A stretch of 63,885 nt of DNA, filler included, from Craspedostauros australis (Eukaryota), in the NCBI GenBank assembly GCA_030167865.1. It is 7 parts of 7 records of this genome, joined end to end, with 100 filler letters (N's around TTAATTAATTAA, not from the genome) between each part and the next. Parts side by side here need not be neighbours in the genome. Positions count along the whole stretch, not along the records: positions 55,739 to 61,880 come from JALAGF010005969.1; positions 61,981 to 63,885 come from JALAGF010005994.1; 5 more parts are not named here. The stretch is one strand, 5' to 3'. Made by a program: the position numbers and the translations under genes. Of this stretch, positions 58,109 through 63,885 are shown in pieces. The notes below the pieces were generated by a model. The model made no database searches. It was not told where the DNA came from and saw only the letters and a list, made by a program, of their open reading frames with translations. Position 1 is the first letter of the stretch. Every line of letters starts with the position of its first letter.

Positions 58109-60646
58109 CTACACCTCTGCTGTGTTGGTATCCTGCTCTGCTTTGCTGTGATGCTCAGTCTTGCCACTCAGACAGGCCACTTCGAATGTGTTCATGGTGG
58201 GTGCTGCCTCGGTGTTGTTGTTGTGAGGCTCAATGATCTTGGCTGTGCTCTTGCTGGGCGTCTTCTTCTTCTTGCCTTTCTTCTGTTGTTCAGCCTCCTC
58301 ATTGGCTTTGGTGGTCTCAACAATTTGCTTCTCCAGCAACGGAATGAGGCTGCTGGTTGTTCGCAGGTTCGTTTTCAGGCACTGCAGTCCACTGACAGCC
58401 ATCACCTTGAAGGCATCATCGTACATACCTTTCATGTTGGGCTTGGCGTATTTGAAGTCAGCTGATTTGCCTTTGCTGTCTGTTGCAGTTGGTTTCTTGG
58501 TGGTCGTGTTGGTTGCCTCATCCTTCTCCAACACGAAGTCCGTGTGAGACACAGTAACGCCAATCTTGTTGCCATCCTTGTCAGTTTCGGTGAACGTTTG
58601 TTTCCGCACATTCATGCTCAGGCCCTTGCGCTCTGTCACAAATTCGTCACCTCCTTCCGCAGCACAAATTGCGTAGGCGATCTGATGGTGGCGAGCATAC
58701 GCGTGAGCCACCTTGTCCAGCCCAAATTGCTCCCAACAGGTTTTGCAAGCACCCCACAACACATCAGTGGTGAACATGCAACTCCCGTAGTGCTTACCTT
58801 GATGTGCTGACACGTGCTTCGACATCACTGGGAATATCGCATTGTCTTTCACGTTCGTGATGGGAGAATTCGATGGTTGGAATCGTAGGTGCCATCCGCG
58901 ACTGTCAAACTCCTCGTTGATGAACCTGAGCAGTTCCGTGTCTCTGTGTGGCTCCGCGCCATCCATCTGGTACCGAATCACCATGTTCTTGCCCGTTTTG
59001 GCCTTGATTTTGCTGGCGAGCGAATCCAGTGCAGGGATTTCTTTTTCGCAGAAGAATTTCTTGAGGCTGTACTTCGGCTTGGGCTTATCAGGCGCACCAA
59101 CTGATTCCTTGCTGCCTGTGATCTCCAGTGGTTGAAAGTACAGTTCACCCTTCTTGCGAGAGATTTTGTTCTCATCAGGAAGGTGCTTGTACTTGGTTGG
59201 CAAGACCCAAGTTCGCTTGTACGTGGTCTTCTGCGCTCGGACCATGCGCCCAACACGTTCGAAGTTCACCTTATACGCCTTTCCTCCTTTCTCAAAGCAG
59301 TTGTCTGTTGGAGAGAACGCTGTTGATGCAATCGCCATGGTCTTTTCGATGTGGCATTTGTGGTGCACAGGATGCTTCACAGGCTTAACTCCCATCTGGG
59401 GCACATGTTTGAGATGCTTGCAAGAGACAATGGAGTAGAACCACTTCTTGTCCATGTGGACAACAACAACTTGCGTATTCGGGAACAGCTCCGCTGATTC
59501 CCAGAACACACAGAAGTCCTTGGCCCACCTGTCGCGCTTCGCCTTGATGACGCCCTTGATCTTGGAGAGCATTGTTGTAGAATGGTATTCGCTGCCCTCC
59601 AATCCCATCACGTATGTTCGGATGGTGTCTTTGCAGACGCATTGGACGTTGCCCCTTCCTGCTAGTTCGCGTGCAATATCGCCCCACGAGATTGTGCCAT
59701 TGCATCATTGCAACACATCCTGGAGCTCAAATTGCAGGAGAGGACCGCACTCCAACCACGAATCAGACAGGGCTTTTGCGGATGCCAGGTCTTCAGGAGA
59801 ATCATGGTCAAAGGCATCAGAGATGTCATCAGTCATCAACCGTTGTCTTGGATGTTTAAGCCGCATTTGCTTTGCAAAGATGGCATGTGGCATGAAGTAT
59901 TGCTGTTGCTTCTTGGGGCAGGTGAAGATGGTGCTGCCCGTGTCGCTGCGTTTCTTCCGTCCCAGCTTGTTCTGTTGGAAATTCTTGATATTCCGGGCAA
60001 CAGTGGTGGAGTCAACATCCCAAGAGTGCGCGATCAATTTTGTGTTGGCTGGGATCGCACCCAAATTGAAGGAGAGAACGATGTAGTTGTGCTTTTCTTG
60101 CGCATCAAGTTGTTTCTTCCTATTGGTGGGCTTAGTGTTGCTACGCCCTCCATCCTTTTGCAACCATCCTTTTGTTGTTGCCCCTTTCTTCATCTGCTTC
60201 GTGAGATGGGCGATGGCTGCTGTCCTGTGCTCTCGTGCCAGCTCAAGAAAAGCCGCGATGTTGGCTTCTTGCGATTCCGTGGTAGTTGGGGATGGTGTGG
60301 GGGGCTTAGCCTTGTTGTTGACACGCGTAACAGCGACGGAGTGATGCTGGGGAGAAAGGAGGGAAGATTGAGCAAGGTCACCAGCAGTGCGAGTCCGTGC
60401 GTAGGTAGCGAGGCTGTGTGGCGCGCACAGATCCTCACGAACAACGTACATTCAGCTCTGCCCCATCACTGGGGTCACCATGACCATTGCCACCTCTCCT
60501 GGTGCAAGAGACCCATTGCGTTTGATCATAGCGCCTTCAGCAGTCAGCTTCATCAGCAACTGGACATGGCACACACTGAGGTCATGAACCCTGCCACATG
60601 AGTCCGTGTGGGATGACACCTTCACACAGTCACCAGCGAGCATCAT
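58109..60646 (-). pseudogene. IS630-Tc1-mariner superfamily transposase (plant DD39D-related, here DD38D) with two in-frame TGA stops
   Basis: One frame of ~845 codons with stops at 60452-60454 and 59705-59707. HTH-like ISWGDIARELAG, plus HMDKKWFY, YQMDGAEPH and FQPSNSPITNVKD. Confidence 0.8.
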
Positions 60647-61980
60647 GCTTGCGAGCTGAAGATCACAGTGATTGCAGGATGATGTGTGCTGTGTTGATGG
60701 AGGCTGCAGTTGAGTTGAAAGGCGCGTCGCATCGCACACCAGGCACACAAGGAGAATAACACAACACAGTGCACCGCATCATCAGCCATCGAAGCACAGC
60801 ATGGCGCAGCGCATCACAGGAGGACATGGAGAACACAGGATGACAGACACAAGGTGCCTTGTATCTTCCACTCTCTCCCATGTGGAGGGTCACAGTCATT
60901 CTACATTGTTGTACAAGCAATAACCACAAGCAGCAGAGAACCAACAGCAGCTCGTCCCAGATGCGCAGTGTTTCCGTTGTCCACTTTGTGACGATAGTTT
61001 TGGTGTTGTGGAATGGAGGCGAAATTCGGGACTCGCGAAGTGTTCGCATTGGTTGGCACATTCGGTAGAATTGTGGTTAATCTCCATGGCCCCCAACAGC
61101 AAAAACTGTTTGAGAACACCAAACACAACACAACAACACGACAATGGAGAAACACAACAAAACTCCTCAAGCGCCGTCGAACAGCATCAACGGCACTGCG
61201 ACAACCAGCGGTCTGGTGCAAGATCTGAGCGCATAGGCGGAACCGCCATGGAAATATTGGTAGATGAGCAAGAGGGGGATGCCATAGTGGTCGATTTGGG
61301 ACCGTGGCAGGCCCACGCGCAAACGACACGATTCGGAGGAAAATCTTCTCATTGGATATGGTCTCTGCCTGGAATGCACAGACCATCCCAACGACTATTG
61401 ATGGGCAAGACGCATCCAAGAGGATGGTATGAAGGTGCCCACGAAGTTTGAGGGTCGGGGGTGGCCTGGAAGGTGCCCTCCGCAAGAAACAAGTGGAGGG
61501 CAAGAGTTTTTTGGTGGGTGGCGGCGGACACATCACGTGACTTCGCTGGCAATGGGTGCCATTCACAAGTCACCCAGATCGCCAAGCCACCCATTGCGGA
61601 TGTGGTCGAAATTAACTCAGGGATCGGTTCATGAAGCGCCGGAAAAAACAAAGGTCTGGAAGAGGCTTCAGCCTGGGATGCACACAAAAGGGATTTTTTT
61701 GGGGTGTCGCAAAAACTCCGTGATGACATCATCACATGGAGATGTACCTTTGGAGGTATGAGCGCCCCTGTCAGGAATCGGGGGTACGCTTTTACCAAGA
61801 TACCCATGATTGCCGCACCTCCCAATAATATCTTCACAACTTGACGAGGTCAACTTTGTTGGTAACACTCGGACCACCTTNNNNNNNNNNNNNNNNNNNN
61901 NNNNNNNNNNNNNNNNNNNNNNNNTTAATTAATTAANNNNNNNNNNNNNNNNNNNNNNNNNNNNNNNNNNNNNNNNNNNN

Positions 61981-63885
61981 ACACCATCCGTTTCTTTTGC
62001 GCCATCAGTATCAGTAGCACCTTCCAACAGACCAAGCGCACTCTCCAGCCAAGCTCCAACAGAACAGTGCGCAGAGTGGGAATACACAAGGTCCCGTCGA
62101 AGCTTGTTTGGTGACATCACAAAGTCCTTCAGATTCGATTTGCGCACACTTAGGGACTTTCGAATCACCGGAATGAGACTTTTCGTGGCTCCTGGCTTGT
62201 CCAATATGCCGTACACGATCTTCTTCCGACCAGACACCTGGGAGGTGGATGGCAATTGGACTCAGATCGCATCGGGAAACAACGGAGAAACAGATTCGGA
62301 TGACTATACGGCCACCCTTCCGTTTGATTCACCTCTGCTCCTGCCAGCGAATACTGGCACTGTTTCCTTCCGCATCGACATGGCCAATCAACTTCAATTC
62401 TCAGGCTGGAGCTTCGCACGCAATGTACCATCCGATACTTTCTCATGTCCATTTTGCCCATTTGATGTGTATGCTGGACAAGGCAGTATTGAAATTGGAG
62501 ACAGTGCGCCCAGCTTCTACCCCGGTGCCTTCCCCTACTTCGTTGGTTCGCTCGAGTTCTGCAATGACCTGGATACCGAGATGCCAACTGGATCGGCTTC
62601 TCCTTCAACGTCAGTATCACCAACGACCCAACCATCTATCGTTCCCTCACAGGCACCGACTGCTTCATGTCGCAGCGGAGAGACGGCAGGTCTCCCACGT
62701 GATTTCATTGTAGATGAGGTTGCATCTGTGCGATACGATATTGAGATATTGAGCGTCATCGACATCACGGGCATGAGGCTCGTGTTGCCATCGACTGGGA
62801 GCCAACCATACACCATCTTCTACCGNCCAAGCACGTGGGACGCACCTGGTGACTGGACAGAAATCGCGTCCGGAACAATCGAGGCGAGGGGGAGCGAAGA
62901 GTTCACAGATGTGATCACATTTGATCCACCACTGTCTGTTTCGGAGGCCGACGGCGTGGTCGCCATCCGTGTGGATACGCAAACAGAANNNNNNNNNNNN
63001 NNNNNNNNNNNNNNNNNNNNNNNNNNNNNNNNNNNNNNGATTCACCTCTGCTCCTGCCAGCGAATACTGGCACTGTTTCCTTCCGCATCGACATGGCCAA
63101 TCAATTTCAAACCTCAGGCTGGGGCTCCGCACGCATCGCACCATCCGATACTTTCTCATGTCCATCTTGCCCATTTGATGTGTATGCTGGACAAGGCAGC
63201 TTTGAAATTGGAGACAGTGCGCCCAGCTTCTACCCCGGTATCTTCCCCTACTTCGTTGGTTCGCTCGAGTTCTGCAATGACCTGGATACCGAGATGCCGA
63301 CTGGATCGGCGTCTCCTTCAATGACAGCATCACCATCGACCCAACCATCTATCGTTCCCTCACAGGCACCGACTGCTTCATGTCGCAGCGGAGAGACGGC
63401 AGGTCTCCCACGTGATTTCTATGAAGATGAGGTTGCATCTGTGCGATACAATATCGAGATATTGAGCGGCATCGACATCACGGGCATGAGGCTCGTGTTG
63501 CCATCGACTGGGAGCCAACCATACACCATCTTCTACCGCCCAAGCACGTGGGACGCACCTGGTGACTGGACAGAAATCGCGTCCGGAACAATCGAGGCGA
63601 GGGGGAGCGAAGAGTTCACAGATGTGATCACATTTGATCCACCACTGTCTGTTTCGGAGGCCGACGGCGTGGTCGCCATCCGTGTGGATACGCAAACAGA
63701 ATCATTGAAACATGCCACACAGATCTACGGGCCTACACCACCAGACTGGTTCGAATGTGAGGAATGCCTGTTCATCATGTTCCCAGGGATGTCAAGCAGA
63801 GATGTTGGAGAGTATCCTGATGCCGCTTACGGAGGTTACTACGACTTCTTCATGGGATCGTTGGAGTTCTGCAAAACCGACTCTC
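61981..63885 (+). CDS. Internal part of a repeat-domain extracellular/surface protein with P/S/T linkers (partial at both ends)
   Basis: Repeated ~150-aa domain (F/Y-D-I..I.ITGMRL..PYTIF.RP.TW...G.WT.IASG..FD.PL......G.V..R.D..C..C.F....F.GSLEFC) separated by PS.SP/APT linkers. The frame is open to the window end. Confidence 0.75.

Noticed and set aside
62326..63700. Diversity-generating retroelement TR/VR pair
   Set aside because: Differences are not confined to adenines of one copy on either strand, and there is no DGR-type RT nearby.

Overview
Eukaryotic, almost certainly diatom (stramenopile) nuclear DNA, judged from CoDi-type Ty1/copia, a DUF6824 protein, bipartite plastid presequences and short GT-AG introns. 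The window is not contiguous. Six synthetic 100-bp linkers (44 N + TTAATTAATTAA + 44 N) join seven scaffolds, and several ~50-N gaps are flanked by duplicated sequence. Scaffold 1 (1-19915) holds a young copia element whose gag and pol are in one frame split by a single UGA, a methyltransferase-like gene with an in-frame TAG, a large Ser/Arg-rich ORF, a decayed GGCT-like pseudogene and an HI0933-family flavoprotein. Scaffold 2 (20016-44671) is gene-dense: TRAPPC2 (with a 24-nt microexon), a protein kinase, a small plastid membrane protein, an NSUN-type m5C methyltransferase, RBM22, a Q/H-rich disordered protein, a sulfotransferase-like gene, DUF6824 and GDP-mannose 4,6-dehydratase. It ends in a TIR DNA transposon with palindromic 20-bp subterminal arrays. 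The remaining short scaffolds carry a lipase-like gene, LINE fragments, a spliced piggyBac-like transposase, an unusually long DD38D mariner-like transposase and a repeat-domain surface protein with mostly nonsynonymous differences between copies. No rRNA, tRNA or CRISPR array was seen. The best lead is putative structure-stimulated UGA readthrough at the copia gag-pol junction. All family assignments come from motif recognition by eye, not database searches.
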